The position numbers were made by a program, and so were the translations under genes. The notes beneath the pieces were generated by a model. The model did not search any database and had not been told where the DNA came from. It saw only the letters and a program-made list of their open reading frames with translations. 64,000 bases of DNA, from the IMG/VR virus record IMGVR_UViG_3300044691_000566, positions 64,001 to 128,000 of that record. One strand, given 5' to 3'. Numbering within the stretch: the stretch's first letter is position 1; every line of letters begins with the position of its first letter. This document shows, piece by piece, positions 8,724 through 20,400 of this stretch. The DNA is from a virus.

Positions 8724-10994
8724 GTGGACGAGGACGACGAGGGCTTCGAGCTGTGGCCGCAGGGCTGGCAGCCCGACACCCCTGTCCGCGAAACCATGCG
8801 GGAGCACCAGAAGGTGCACCGCAGTCCTTCACCGAGTGACCTCAAAGTCCGGCGGCGCAACCGCCGGACGACTGCTGGAGGAGACGTGCAGACACGCGCC
8901 CAACTCGTCCGCGCTCTGGGCAAGGCCGCGAGCCTGGCCGAGCAGGCGCGAATCGCCGACGAGATTGCCAAGATCGACAACGGCCTGCGCACCCAGGCCG
9001 CCCAGGACCGGGACCTGGATCTCGCCGACACCGTGGTCCGCGACACCCTCACCCCCGTGCGGGTCCACGAGCACCACACCGCCGCCACCGACTGGATGGG
9101 TGACGAGACCGCCCCCGACCCCCAGTGGCAGGCCAAGGTCGTCGCCGAGGCCGCCCTCTGGTACGGCCGCGTCCCCGACATGGTCAAGGAGGACCCGGAG
9201 GAGTACGCCATCCAGGCGCAGGGCATGGCCCGCCGCGTCGCCGGACCCTACGGCCTCCAGGCCGAGGCCGCCAAGACCGCGTTCTTGAGCTACGCCGCGT
9301 TCCTCCACCAGGGCGCCTCCGGCCTGGACCAGATCCAGCAGACCGTCGACCCCAGCAACGCACCGAAGACCACCCCGCTGCCGCCCGAGGTCTTCGACAA
9401 TTTTGCCCCCGAGGTCGACCCGATCAACGCGGGCGTCTCCGGCACCGAGACCTCCGAGCGCAACCCTCTCCTCCAGGAGATCGTCAACGGCGGCTCCGGC
9501 ATGGACGGCGGCGCCCCCGAAAAGCCCGGCGGCCACTCCGAGGGCAACGAGCTGTCCTGGAACCCCCCGTCCGGCATGCAGGCCGACACCGCCCCCGGCT
9601 GGTCCGACGGCGACCCCGGCGCCCCCGAGCAGGGCGGCAACCGCCCCGACTACACCAAGGCCGCCTCGCTCCGCTTCGTCCCCGGCATGGCCATCCAGCA
9701 CACGATGACCATGGACCAGTACCTCGCCGAACAGGCCAGCACCGCCCGCACTGCGAGCAAGGCCGCCAGCCTGGGAAAATGCGTCGGCTGCGGGACTGAC
9801 CTGTCGGTCGGGAACGCGGCCGACCGCGAGGGCAAGGTCTGCAAGGGTTGCGCCAAGACCGCCTCCAGGCGGCAGGCGGCCTCCGGGCTGCCGCAGATCC
9901 AGCAGACCGTGGACGCCGACAACCAGCCCTCCACCACCCCGCTGCCCCCGGAGGTCGCCTTCCCGCTGGACGACACCATGCAGCAGGAGTGGACCACCAA
10001 CGGCACCGGCAACGCGGCGCCCGGCGCCCCGCAGACCGCGCCCAAGGCCGCCAGGCGCAAGCAGGCCGACATGTGGGGCAACTCCGACGCCCCGCACGCC
10101 GTGGTCCAGCCCGACGTGGCCAACAACCCCACCACCACCCCGCCGACGGCCGCAGGCGCCGGGGGAGCGGCAGCGGGGAAGGCCGACGCCAACAGCGGGC
10201 AGGCCCCCACCTTTGCCGACAACTCCTCCTCCATCCCGGCCCCGGCCCAGCAGTACGCCGAGGGCTTCAGCGGCGTCGACCAGACCGCCAAAGCCCCCGC
10301 CGCCGACGTCCCCGCCTCCATGGCCGGACCCGGCAACGGCGTCACCCACGCGGGCACCAAGGTCTCCTCCCTGATCACCACCGCCGCCGAACGCGCCAAC
10401 ACCGACTTCAAGAAGGGCTACGGCTACGCCTCCCGGTGGACCCCGGGCACCCGCCTGGTCTCCACCGGCTCCAGCGAATTCGAAGCCGGACTGTACGCGG
10501 GCATCTCTGATAACCCCGGTTATCAGAAGGCGTTCGTGGAAGCCCACCGCGACGCGTCCACCGCCTTCCCCAAGATCGCCGCCCGCGTCGACCAGCACAA
10601 GCGCGTCACCGCCCGCGTCGTGGCCAACAACGAGGTCCCCTCCAACGGCCTCTATCTGCTGGCGTCCACCTCCATGGACCTCAACACCACCGCGCCCAAC
10701 ACCACCCCGGCCGCCGACGGCTCCACCCCCATCAACGGCCCCGGCCAGCCCGGCCCGCTCGCGGGGGAGCAGAACGCCGCAGCCCCCGGCGGACCGGCCC
10801 CCTACAACGGCGCCGAGCCCTACGGCACGCCGGTCGTCCCCGGCGCAGGACAGGCCCCTCAGGCGCCCAACCCGGCCGACGCCCTGGTCGGCGGTGGGGG
10901 AATGTCCACCGAGCAGCAGGTGATGGCGTCCCAGACCCTGGCCTTCCGCAAGCGCGTGCAGGCAACCCTGCTGGCCGAACGCCAGGGGAAGTGA
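8724..10994 (+). CDS. large putative head-associated protein (alternative start 8886)
   Basis: follows late motif; internal duplicated ASGLxQIQQTVD...TTPLPPEV; Pro/Ala/Gly-rich. Confidence 0.65.
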   Translation: MDEDDEGFELWPQGWQPDTPVRETMREHQKVHRSPSPSDLKVRRRNRRTTAGGDVQTRAQLVRALGKAASLAEQARIADEIAKIDNGLRTQAAQDRDLDLADTVVRDTLTPVRVHEHHTAATDWMGDETAPDPQWQAKVVAEAALWYGRVPDMVKEDPEEYAIQAQGMARRVAGPYGLQAEAAKTAFLSYAAFLHQGASGLDQIQQTVDPSNAPKTTPLPPEVFDNFAPEVDPINAGVSGTETSERNPLLQEIVNGGSGMDGGAPEKPGGHSEGNELSWNPPSGMQADTAPGWSDGDPGAPEQGGNRPDYTKAASLRFVPGMAIQHTMTMDQYLAEQASTARTASKAASLGKCVGCGTDLSVGNAADREGKVCKGCAKTASRRQAASGLPQIQQTVDADNQPSTTPLPPEVAFPLDDTMQQEWTTNGTGNAAPGAPQTAPKAARRKQADMWGNSDAPHAVVQPDVANNPTTTPPTAAGAGGAAAGKADANSGQAPTFADNSSSIPAPAQQYAEGFSGVDQTAKAPAADVPASMAGPGNGVTHAGTKVSSLITTAAERANTDFKKGYGYASRWTPGTRLVSTGSSEFEAGLYAGISDNPGYQKAFVEAHRDASTAFPKIAARVDQHKRVTARVVANNEVPSNGLYLLASTSMDLNTTAPNTTPAADGSTPINGPGQPGPLAGEQNAAAPGGPAPYNGAEPYGTPVVPGAGQAPQAPNPADALVGGGGMSTEQQVMASQTLAFRKRVQATLLAERQGK

Positions 10995-11004
10995 GGATTT
11001 CAAA

Positions 11005-12387
11005 ATGAGTGATCTGTGGACCGAGGCGTCCTACGACGCCGAGGCCGAATACCGGACCCGGAACCTGGAGATGGCCAAGCAGGCCAGCACCGGCATCTGG
11101 TCCTTCCTTGCCCTCGCCCAGTCCCCGCAGGAGTACGACGACCGGGTGGCCCTGGCCACCGACTCCATCACCGTGGCCGCCCACGCCTTCCAGGTCCCCG
11201 CCGACGACCTCCTGACGGTCTTCGCCCAGCGCTACGCCCTGCTGATGGAGGCCAAGGACAACCCCTTCGCCAACGATTCTCAGGACGACTCCGGGGACGA
11301 CTCCAAAGAATCCAAGGGCGACTCCCATGACGAGGACGACTCCCATGACGACTCTCATGACGACTCTCATGACGACTCCGATGACGACGAGAACGGCGAC
11401 GACACCGGAGACGGCGACGACGAAGACGACGACAAGGGCAACAAGGGCGACGGCGCCGACGACGTAGACGACCAGACCGACCCCGACGACGACGGCGACC
11501 AGGACAACGCCGACAACGACGACAAGGGCCAGTCCCAGGACCCCGACCAGGACGACGACGAGGCCAAGGGCACCACCCAGGGCATCTCCCCCTGGGGGAG
11601 CCGCTACGCCGCCCTGGCCCAGCGCATCGCAGCGGGCGAAAACCCGCTGGAATGGGGTGGTACCCCTTTCGTCGGTAGCCCCGCCCGCAAGCACGCGGCG
11701 GACGGGGCACCCGACACCCAGGCAGGCCCCGAAGGCCCCGCCGGACCCAACGAGCCCGCCCCGCCCGGAGAGCCCGGAACGGAACCCCCCACCGCCCCCG
11801 GCGGACCCGTCACGCCCCCGCAGGAGCCCCTCGTCCCCGGCATGAACGGCGGCATCGCCGAGACCACCAAACCCCGCCAGCTCCCCGCAGACGGCGGCAT
11901 GGACCCCACCACGGGCCCCGGCATGGGCATGGACGGCATCCCCGGCGAATTCAACCCCACCATGAACGGCGGCGACATCGAACAGGGAGCCGACAGCGGC
12001 CCCACCGCACCCGACGAAGCCCGCACCGCCAAACTCCGCACCATCACCGCCGAGGTCAAGCACTACAACCCCGCCCTCACCCCGGCCCAGTGCCACAACG
12101 TCGCCGTACGCGTCTACGAGCGGTACCTCCACAAGCACGCCGAGGACGTCAACCCGCTCCTGTACGGAGACCGGGGCCCCGTACCCGACGGGCCCCTCAC
12201 CGACGCCGTCAAAAAGTGGTCCCCCACCGACATGAAACCCCCCAAGACCACCCCCGGCATGCCCGGCGCAGCCCCCGGCGGATCAAGCACCCCCGGACTG
12301 CCCTCCGGAGGCGCGGGCGGAGGAGCAGGCGAACTGGCCGCCGGGGAAGGCACCGCCGCCGAACTCCTCCCCCTCCTGGCCCTGTAG
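11005..12387 (+). CDS. acidic/Pro-rich putative head protein
   Basis: long Asp-rich tract with DDSH repeats. Confidence 0.65.
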   Translation: MSDLWTEASYDAEAEYRTRNLEMAKQASTGIWSFLALAQSPQEYDDRVALATDSITVAAHAFQVPADDLLTVFAQRYALLMEAKDNPFANDSQDDSGDDSKESKGDSHDEDDSHDDSHDDSHDDSDDDENGDDTGDGDDEDDDKGNKGDGADDVDDQTDPDDDGDQDNADNDDKGQSQDPDQDDDEAKGTTQGISPWGSRYAALAQRIAAGENPLEWGGTPFVGSPARKHAADGAPDTQAGPEGPAGPNEPAPPGEPGTEPPTAPGGPVTPPQEPLVPGMNGGIAETTKPRQLPADGGMDPTTGPGMGMDGIPGEFNPTMNGGDIEQGADSGPTAPDEARTAKLRTITAEVKHYNPALTPAQCHNVAVRVYERYLHKHAEDVNPLLYGDRGPVPDGPLTDAVKKWSPTDMKPPKTTPGMPGAAPGGSSTPGLPSGGAGGGAGELAAGEGTAAELLPLLAL

Positions 12388-12391
12388 AGCC

Positions 12392-12880
12392 GTGATCAAC
12401 GACGGCTCCCGGGTCCGCTACACCGGCCACGAGGACGGCCCCCTGATTCGTGGGGACCAGGGCTCCGTCCTCGTGGCCTCCGGCCACGCCGCCCACGTCC
12501 AGTGGCGCACAGGAGCCCTCGCCGGACAGGTCACCCTCCACGACACCGACACCGACGACATCGAACCCCTCACCCCCCGCCAGGGCGCCGTGGAAGACGC
12601 CCTCGACGACTCCCTGGACGTCGAGGGCCTCGGCACCTTCACCGCCCGCCAGATCTACGACGAAGGCGGCTCAGAAGCCCTCCTCAACGCCATGGCCGAC
12701 GCCGGACGCCTCGCCGCCTTCCAGGAAATAGCCGAAGACGCCCTCGCCCTGGTCGCCGAACGCATACGCACCTCCGCCGCCTTCACCACCGTGGCCGTCC
12801 ACCTGGACGAAGACGAAGCCGACGAGATGGTCCGCCTGGCCGCCGCAGCCCTCATCCGGGACGCCTACCACACCCCCTGA
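12392..12880 (+). CDS. hypothetical protein
   Basis: ORF with strong C-ending codon bias. Confidence 0.6.
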   Translation: MINDGSRVRYTGHEDGPLIRGDQGSVLVASGHAAHVQWRTGALAGQVTLHDTDTDDIEPLTPRQGAVEDALDDSLDVEGLGTFTARQIYDEGGSEALLNAMADAGRLAAFQEIAEDALALVAERIRTSAAFTTVAVHLDEDEADEMVRLAAAALIRDAYHTP

Positions 12881-12923
12881 TGTCCACCACGCCCGATCTC
12901 CGCCGAAAGGTTGGAGGTGGACA

Positions 12924-14822
12924 GTGGCCAAGATCAGACTGTGTGACCGCTGCGGAGGAAGATCATCCCCGCACATTCCCCGGGAGCGCGTGGGCGACCA
13001 GATGCTCTGCCAGGGCTGCGCACACGCCGTCGCCCGCCAGCGCACCGCCACCACCCCCACCACCGACTTCTGGCCCGGCGAACACACCCCCGAGGGAACC
13101 CACCCCCTCCTCGCCCCGCTGCCCCCCTCCGTCTGGCGCCGCTACCACAGCACCCAGCACACCGCAGCCCCCGACGCCCCCGGCTACCCCAACCCGCACC
13201 ACCAGGAGATGCACGGCCCCGACAGCCCAGCCGCCCACGAGTGGTACCACGGCACCAGCACGTCCTTCGAAGGACCCCCCAAAAGCGCCACCGAACTCAT
13301 GAACGACCACCAGTACTGGGGCAACTTCGGAGCAGGCGACTGGAACAACCACATCGGCTCCCACTGGACGTCCCTCCACGGCATGGCCAAGGGCTTCCTC
13401 GCCGCCAGCAGCGCAGGCAACCGCGTCATCCACGCCAAGCTCCACATGAAAAACCCCGTCAAATACAACTCCCTGGACCACATGACGCACGACGCCTACG
13501 AGCGCCTGTCCGCCTCCGGGGACATGCAAGACGGCGGAGAACACGTCGGCAAACACCAGGACGACGCAGGAGACCACTCCTGCTGCTCCGGAGCCCTCCT
13601 GCGCTACGCCAAGGGCGAGCACCGCTCAGACGGCAAATACGGCCTGGAACGCTACCGCGACTCCCTGCGCGCCTCCGGCCACGACGGCATCCTCATGCGC
13701 AACAACACCGACGACCCGATCGGCCACTGGAACGCCATCCCCCTGTCCGCCGACCACATACAGATCACCAACAGCGGCTGCAACCGCCCCCACCACGACC
13801 CCCGCGACCACGACGACACCGAATTCGAAGACCACCGCAGCAAGCTCCTCGGGAACTGGCAGGAAGAAAAGCCCTACCACCCCGCCCAGTACACCCACGG
13901 CAAGCCCCTGCCCGGCCCCGGAACCGTCGACCACGCACACACGCAGAAGAAGGCCGACACCTTCCCCCACCTCCAGCCCCACCAGAACCGTCCAGACGCC
14001 GACCCCCACACCCACGGCGAAAACCTGGACGAACTGCACGAGGAGAACGAACCCTCCTTCGGCGGCGAATACTGCGCGCACTGCGACGACCTCACCGACC
14101 ACACCACCGAGCAGCACGGCAAAGAACACGACCTACGGCACCTGGAAACCGAACACGGCTACGGACCCGACCACTACCTGCACCACGCACTCCAGGAAAT
14201 GAGCCCGCAGGAAGTGGCCGACCACCACGAACACGAACACACCACCGACTTCCCCAGCGGCGACTTCCCCACCCATACGCACTTCCCGAAGGAGGCCCGT
14301 ATGGCCGGGGCCATGAACAAAACCGCCCACGACAGCGGCGACGGCGCCACCATCTTCCACTGCCCCTTCTGCGGCTCCGGCCAGGTCATCGCCCGCAGCG
14401 ACCGCACCACCGAGTGCGAGTACTGCCACGCCTGCTTCACCGTCCAGGTCCAGCCCCAATTCCCCGCATTCCCCCAGACCATCGACGGAATGCCCATGCA
14501 GGTCCCCGGCATGCCCGGCCAGATCGGCGGACCCCCCGCAGCACCCCCCGGCGCCGACGGCACCATGCCCCCCGGCCAGGACCCCATGGCCGACCCCATG
14601 AACGGCGGCATGCCCGGCGAAGAAGACCCCGCAGCCCAGGACGAGCAGGACCCCGCCGCCGAAGAAGACAGCGCACCCCCCTTCGCCAAGGGCTCCATGC
14701 TCCGCACCGCCAGCGGCACCCCCCTGGACTGGGACAACTACCTCCGCCACCTCGCCATCAGGCACGCCGACAACGACCAGCGAGACGCCGTGATCGAACG
14801 CGTCCGGGGAGAACGACGATGA
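12924..14822 (+). CDS. His-rich multidomain protein with ART-PolyVal-like domain and zinc ribbons
   Basis: WYHGTS...GSHWTS...LHMKNP...GHDGIL; CDRC, CPFC/CEYC. Confidence 0.6.
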   Translation: MAKIRLCDRCGGRSSPHIPRERVGDQMLCQGCAHAVARQRTATTPTTDFWPGEHTPEGTHPLLAPLPPSVWRRYHSTQHTAAPDAPGYPNPHHQEMHGPDSPAAHEWYHGTSTSFEGPPKSATELMNDHQYWGNFGAGDWNNHIGSHWTSLHGMAKGFLAASSAGNRVIHAKLHMKNPVKYNSLDHMTHDAYERLSASGDMQDGGEHVGKHQDDAGDHSCCSGALLRYAKGEHRSDGKYGLERYRDSLRASGHDGILMRNNTDDPIGHWNAIPLSADHIQITNSGCNRPHHDPRDHDDTEFEDHRSKLLGNWQEEKPYHPAQYTHGKPLPGPGTVDHAHTQKKADTFPHLQPHQNRPDADPHTHGENLDELHEENEPSFGGEYCAHCDDLTDHTTEQHGKEHDLRHLETEHGYGPDHYLHHALQEMSPQEVADHHEHEHTTDFPSGDFPTHTHFPKEARMAGAMNKTAHDSGDGATIFHCPFCGSGQVIARSDRTTECEYCHACFTVQVQPQFPAFPQTIDGMPMQVPGMPGQIGGPPAAPPGADGTMPPGQDPMADPMNGGMPGEEDPAAQDEQDPAAEEDSAPPFAKGSMLRTASGTPLDWDNYLRHLAIRHADNDQRDAVIERVRGERR

Positions 14823-15022
14823 CCGACACCCGCACCCTCTACGTCCTCGTGAACTACACCGACCACGCCGCCACCCACCAGCGCGGCGAATCCGTCCAGT
14901 TCACCACCGACGACCGCGAAGCCGACGAACTCCTGCGACGCGGCGTCCTCACCACCCACCCCGTACGCCGCCAAGCCGGAGAAAACTCCGCCCGCACCGA
15001 GCCGAAGGCCGACCAGACATGA
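14819..15022 (+). CDS. small hypothetical protein
   Basis: ATGA overlaps both sides. Confidence 0.55.
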   Translation: MTDTRTLYVLVNYTDHAATHQRGESVQFTTDDREADELLRRGVLTTHPVRRQAGENSARTEPKADQT

Positions 15023-15327
15023 TCGCCAGGGAGGTCCTCGCCCTGATCGAGGGCACTCCCTCGATCACCCTGCCCGGCATCCCCGCCAACGGCATCAACT
15101 GCCAGGGATCCAGATTCCACTCCCCGCGCCCCATGCTCCTCCACCGCGTGGAACTGCCCCACAACCCCGGACAGCCCATCTACCTCTGCGGCACCTGCGC
15201 AGACAACTACCACCTCCTGCACGCCCTGGAACAGCCCCGAAAGGTGCCCTGGCCCGTCCGACGGTGCTTCGGAAACATGATCCGGGCCCTCGTGCCCCCC
15301 AACACCCAGGAGCACGACCGTGCCTGA
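15019..15327 (+). CDS. small putative Zn-binding protein
   Basis: LCGTC motif, overlap with portal start. Confidence 0.55.
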   Translation: MIAREVLALIEGTPSITLPGIPANGINCQGSRFHSPRPMLLHRVELPHNPGQPIYLCGTCADNYHLLHALEQPRKVPWPVRRCFGNMIRALVPPNTQEHDRA

Positions 15328-17425
15328 GACGCCCCCCACCCCGGACGAATGGAAGCAGGCCGTCTTCCAGCGCCTCGGCAAGGCCATGATCCGAGGAGGA
15401 GCAGCCCGGACCGACGGCACCCCCGAAGCCGCCCAGATGAAGGCCAACCGCCGCGTCGCCATGAAGAAGACCGGCGCCGCCACCCCCGCGACCGCCTTCG
15501 CCACCGGCCGCCCCCGCGACCCCCTCTTCTACTGGAAGCAGAACAACCTCCCCTACGAGGTCGACGACGAAACCCAGCTCCGGCAGCTCCGCATGTACTG
15601 CCGCCTCCTCTACCAGACCCACCCCGTCATCGCCTCATGCATCGACATCTACACCAAATACCCCCTCCTCGGCATGGAACTGCGCTGCAAAGACGAGCAG
15701 ATAACCCAGTTCTACGAAGACCTCTTCTTCACCGAGGACGGCCTCAACTACGACGAATTCCTCCTCGACGTCGGCCGTGAATACTGGACCGTCGGCGAAG
15801 CATGGCCCTTCGCCACCTTCAATGAATCCCTCGGCATCTGGGACGACGAAGAACTCCTCAACCCCGACGACGTCTCCGTACAACGCTCTGCATTCCTCAA
15901 AGAACCCCGCTTCCTCATCCGCCTCCCCGAAACCATCCGCGAAATCATGCAGAAGCGCTCCCCCGCCTGGGAGTACGAGAAGCTCATGCAGGTCTACCCC
16001 GAACTGTCCCAGTACGGCGGCGCCGACGACATGATGCCCGTCTCCAACATTCTGCTCCGCCAGATGAAATTCAAAGCCGACACCTTCTCCAAACGCGGCA
16101 TCCCCATCCTCATGCGCGCCATGCGAGCCGTCATGCAGGAAGAAATGCTCAACGCCGCCCAGGACGCCATTGCCGACCGCCTCTACACCCCCCTCGTCCT
16201 GGTCAAACTCGGCGCCAGCGCCACCGACCTGGGCACCGAAGTCCCCTGGATCCCCACCCCGGACGACCTCGAAGAGTTCATGGAGTCCCTGGACGCCGCC
16301 CTCGCCGCCGACTTCCGCGCCCTGGTGCACAACTTCGCCGTCACCATGGAACCCGTCTTCGGCCGCGAAAACATGCCCGACATGACCCCCGACTTCGAAC
16401 GCCTGGAAGACCGCATACTCCAGTCCTTCGGCATGTCCAAAACCATGCTCAACGGCGCCTCCTCCGGCGAGACCTACGCCGCCGACGCCCTCAACCGCGA
16501 CCTCGTCTCGCAGCTCCTCACCACCTATCAGGACATGATCAAGCGCCACTTCCACCAGCGCGCCCTCGTCGTCGCGGAGGCCCAGGAGCACTACGACTAC
16601 GACGAGCGCAACGGCAAGCGCTTCGTCAAAATGGAAGAAATCCTGGAAATCGACGAGGAAACCGGCGAAGAACGCATCGTCGAACAACCCAAACTCCTCG
16701 TCCCCGAACTGGTCATGCAGACCATGTCCCTCAGCGACGAATCCGCCGAACGCGAATTCTTCGAAGCCCTCCGCGCCGCCGGAGTCCCCATCTCGATGAA
16801 GACCCGCCTCATGGCCTCCGGCATCGACTTCGAAGACGAGGTGGAGCGCACCCAGGACGAGCAGGTCCAGCTCGCCATCGCCGAGCAGGAGACCCGCAAG
16901 AAGATCTACCAGGGCCTGAAGGACAAGGGCCTCCCCATCCCGGCGGACATGAAGATCGACTTCCAGCCCGCCGCCGAGCAGGCCCAGCCCCCGGCCATGC
17001 CCATGCCACCCATGCGCGCACCCATGCTCGGCACCGACGACATCACCCCCACCCCCAATCTGGCCCCCACCCAGATGGACCTCATGGCCGACGAGCCCGC
17101 CGGAGGCGTCCCCATGCCCGGCATGGACGCCCAACCCGTGGATGGCTCGGAGACCGGCGGCGAAGCCCCCGCCGAAGGCGCCCAGCGCCCGCCCGAGAGC
17201 GACGAGCAGCGCGGCGGCATGCCCAAGCCCGCCGCCCTCTTCCGGCAGTCCGAGCGCACCCGCAAGCTCGCCCGGGAGCTGTACCGGCCCCGCGAGAAGC
17301 CCGACGACGTACCGCTCAGCGAATGGGACCCCATCGGCAAGTTCAGCCAGCCCAAGGTGGTCGGCGTCCGTCGCCACATCGAGGTCGACCCGAAGACGTT
17401 CTACGAGGAGGCAGTAAATGCCTAA
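15320..17425 (+). CDS. portal protein
   Basis: LRMYCRLLYQTHPVIASCIDIY and RGIPILMRA patterns typical of large actinophage portals; position in head module. Confidence 0.75.
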   Translation: MPETPPTPDEWKQAVFQRLGKAMIRGGAARTDGTPEAAQMKANRRVAMKKTGAATPATAFATGRPRDPLFYWKQNNLPYEVDDETQLRQLRMYCRLLYQTHPVIASCIDIYTKYPLLGMELRCKDEQITQFYEDLFFTEDGLNYDEFLLDVGREYWTVGEAWPFATFNESLGIWDDEELLNPDDVSVQRSAFLKEPRFLIRLPETIREIMQKRSPAWEYEKLMQVYPELSQYGGADDMMPVSNILLRQMKFKADTFSKRGIPILMRAMRAVMQEEMLNAAQDAIADRLYTPLVLVKLGASATDLGTEVPWIPTPDDLEEFMESLDAALAADFRALVHNFAVTMEPVFGRENMPDMTPDFERLEDRILQSFGMSKTMLNGASSGETYAADALNRDLVSQLLTTYQDMIKRHFHQRALVVAEAQEHYDYDERNGKRFVKMEEILEIDEETGEERIVEQPKLLVPELVMQTMSLSDESAEREFFEALRAAGVPISMKTRLMASGIDFEDEVERTQDEQVQLAIAEQETRKKIYQGLKDKGLPIPADMKIDFQPAAEQAQPPAMPMPPMRAPMLGTDDITPTPNLAPTQMDLMADEPAGGVPMPGMDAQPVDGSETGGEAPAEGAQRPPESDEQRGGMPKPAALFRQSERTRKLARELYRPREKPDDVPLSEWDPIGKFSQPKVVGVRRHIEVDPKTFYEEAVNA

Positions 17426-20400
17426 GCACCTGACGGTCAACGACGAGTCCGCATTTATCACCGCTGGCCAGATCGGCGTGGCCAATGGGGTCGCGGGGCT
17501 GGGGTCGGACGGGAAGGTGCCGACGGCTCAGCTCCCCACGTCGGTGACCGGCTCGGTCATCTCTGTCGACGGCCTGATCGGCAACGTCGACCTGACCAGT
17601 CGGTATGCGCTGCTGAGCACCTCCTCGCGGGTGGACTGGATCAGTCCGCTGAACTACGAGGCGGTGGCCGACGGCACGACCGATGATCATGTCGCGATCC
17701 AGGCCGCGCTGAACGCGGCTCCGGCGGGTGGCGTGGTGTTCCTGGGCTCGCGGAAGTACGGGCTCGGCGCGAAGATCACGGTGCCGCCGTACGTGACGCT
17801 GCTGGGCGGTTTCGCCGACCGGGACGGTGCGGGAGACCCTGAGGCGGCTCTGATTCCGCTGCCCGGGTTTTCCAGCCCGATGGTGGTTGAGCTGGTCGAT
17901 CAGGTGACCGGTGCGTACGGCACGGTGAGCCGGGATGCGGTGCTGGCGAACTTCACCATTGACGGGCGGCTGCTGACGACGGAGTCCGTCAATGGTGTCC
18001 AGGCCAGTGGCCTTGTGCACGGCGTGCAGATGCAGAATGTGTCGGTTCACAAGGTGCGCGGGCACGCGGTGAGCCTGGTGAGCAACAGCAGCGGCAATCC
18101 GTACTCCTGGCACCTGAGCAACGTGCAGGTCTCCGGCAGCGGGTCGGTGACGACCTGGGACGGGTTCCACTTCATCGGTACGGATCACGTGTTCGTGGAC
18201 TGCCGTACGGAGGGGGTGCGGGGCAACGGTTTCTACCTCCAGGGGTGCCCGAACTCGTCGCTGACGGGGTGCCGTGCCGAGTGGTCGGCCCTCAACGGTT
18301 TCTACATCACCGGCTCGTACGGATCGGTGCAGGGCTCGGGCAGCATCCTGCTGTCCGGCTGCTCCACCGACCGCAGCTCACAGTACGGCGTGCTGATCGA
18401 CTCCACCGGTACCGGGCACGTCATCCTCAGCGGCCTGATGGCCCGCAGGGACGGCCGCAACGGTTTCCCGGGTACGGGCGGCGGCGGGTACGCGGCGGTG
18501 CGGGTGAGCAGCGCCACCACGCCGGTCCTGGTGACGGGTCTGTCGTGCTTCCCCGGGGTCGGCGACGACGGCCTGGGGGTGAACAGTCCCGAGCGCGGAA
18601 TCAGCGTGGCCAACAGCACGTACTGCATGGTGACGGGCTCCTACCTGCACGCGGATCTCACTCCGTATCACGACGGTGGCGGAAACGGGCAGTTCTACCG
18701 GGGACCGAACGTGGCCACGGCCACGGGGATCACCAGCGCGCCCGTCCGCTCGACGACGGAGCCCGCTGCCCTGTCCGGGCCGCTGACCCTCACGCAGGGC
18801 GGCTTCCTCGGCGTGCGGGGGGCGAGCGGCAATACGCTGCTGAACGGGCAGGTCACCGGGGACACCAACAACCGGGTGAACATCTCGGCTGGCGGAACGG
18901 TGACGTGGGGGTCGGGCGGTGCGGCCCCGGATACGACGCTGGCCCGGTCGGGGGTCAACCGGCTCGCGCTGTCCGGGGACGTGAGCCTGTTCGGGGTGGC
19001 CACCACCCCGCTGGGGTGGCTGAACGTCAAGGGCCCGGCGTACGGGGCGCTGGGTGACGGGACCACCGACGACACGGTGGCCATCCAGGCCGCCATCGAC
19101 GCGGCTGCGGCTGCCGGTGGCGGCACGGTGTACTTCCCCTACGGCGTCTACCGGACCTCGAACGCCCTGGTCCTCAAGACCGGCGTGACCCTGCGGGGGG
19201 TCCACTCCACGGCGTGGGCCAACCGCTTCACCACGGCGCTGTGCTCGCTGAAGGCGACGGCGTCGTTTGCGGGCGAATGCCTGATTTCGATGCTGGGGTC
19301 GGACATCACCGGGTCCGGGCACAACGAGGGCAATTGTCGGATCTTCGACCTGGAGCTGGACGGCTCCGCCATGAGTACCGGGTCGGTGTCCGGGATCCAT
19401 GCGCAGGGTGAGGTGCTGGACGTGATGCTCCAGCGCGTGATGGTCCGGAACATGACGCACAACGGTATCCATACGAATGTGGGGACGGGTACGAAAGCTC
19501 CGCACGACTGGAGCTTTGACAGCGTCGTCGCCTACCAGAACGCCCAGTTCGGCTTCTCCATGTCCATGACGGACGGCTACGTGCGCAACTGCGTGGCCAC
19601 CACCAACGGCAGCGACGGGTGGTTCCTCGGGCCGTTCGGGAGTCTCACCATGGACTCCTGCCAGGCGTTGTGGAACACCAACCACGGTCTGACCATCGGG
19701 GGCGGCAGCCAGGTCGGCAACCTGACCGTCAACAGCTTCCTGACCGACCGCAATGGTCACGACGGGATCCACCTGGGGCCGAGTTCCGGTTCGGGTTCTC
19801 CGCCGTTCGTGCTGACCGGCATAACGCTGAACCGGGACGGCCGGAACAGCAAGGCCGGTGGCGCCGGGTACGCGGGCCTGCGGATCGACGGGTGCGCCAA
19901 CCCGGTGATCATCAACGGGCTCAACGTCAACACGGGCGTGGACGACGACGCGACGGGCGTCAACAGCCCGCAGTACGGGATCCGGCTCACCGCCACCAAC
20001 GCCTACGTGCAGGTCAACGGCGGTTATGTGCACGGGGACACGCTGGGCTGGAACGACGACGGGACCAGCACCATCGTCCGTCGCTTCAACGTGGACGAGG
20101 CCACCGGGCTCAGGACCGCTCCGGTCTTCGCCTACGGCAACAGCGTCTCCACGTACGGCAGCTCCCTCGATGTCCCCGGTCACGCGATGGGGCTGCCGAG
20201 CCCCCGGGAGCACGGCGCCATCGCCTGGTCGGTCAACCCCCGGTCGGTCCGGTCCGACAAGCTCACTACCAGCGGCACCCTCTACCTGGCTGCACTGTAC
20301 GTTCCGCGCCCGGCGACGGCCGTGAAGCTCTTCTGGGGCATCAACACGGCCGGGGTGACCCCCACGGCCGGGCAGAACTTCGTCGGGCTCTACAGCGCCG

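Noticed and set aside
11319-11380. 12-nt tandem repeats (GACGACTCYCAT)
   Set aside because: In-frame DDSH coding repeats in an acidic linker, not a separate element.
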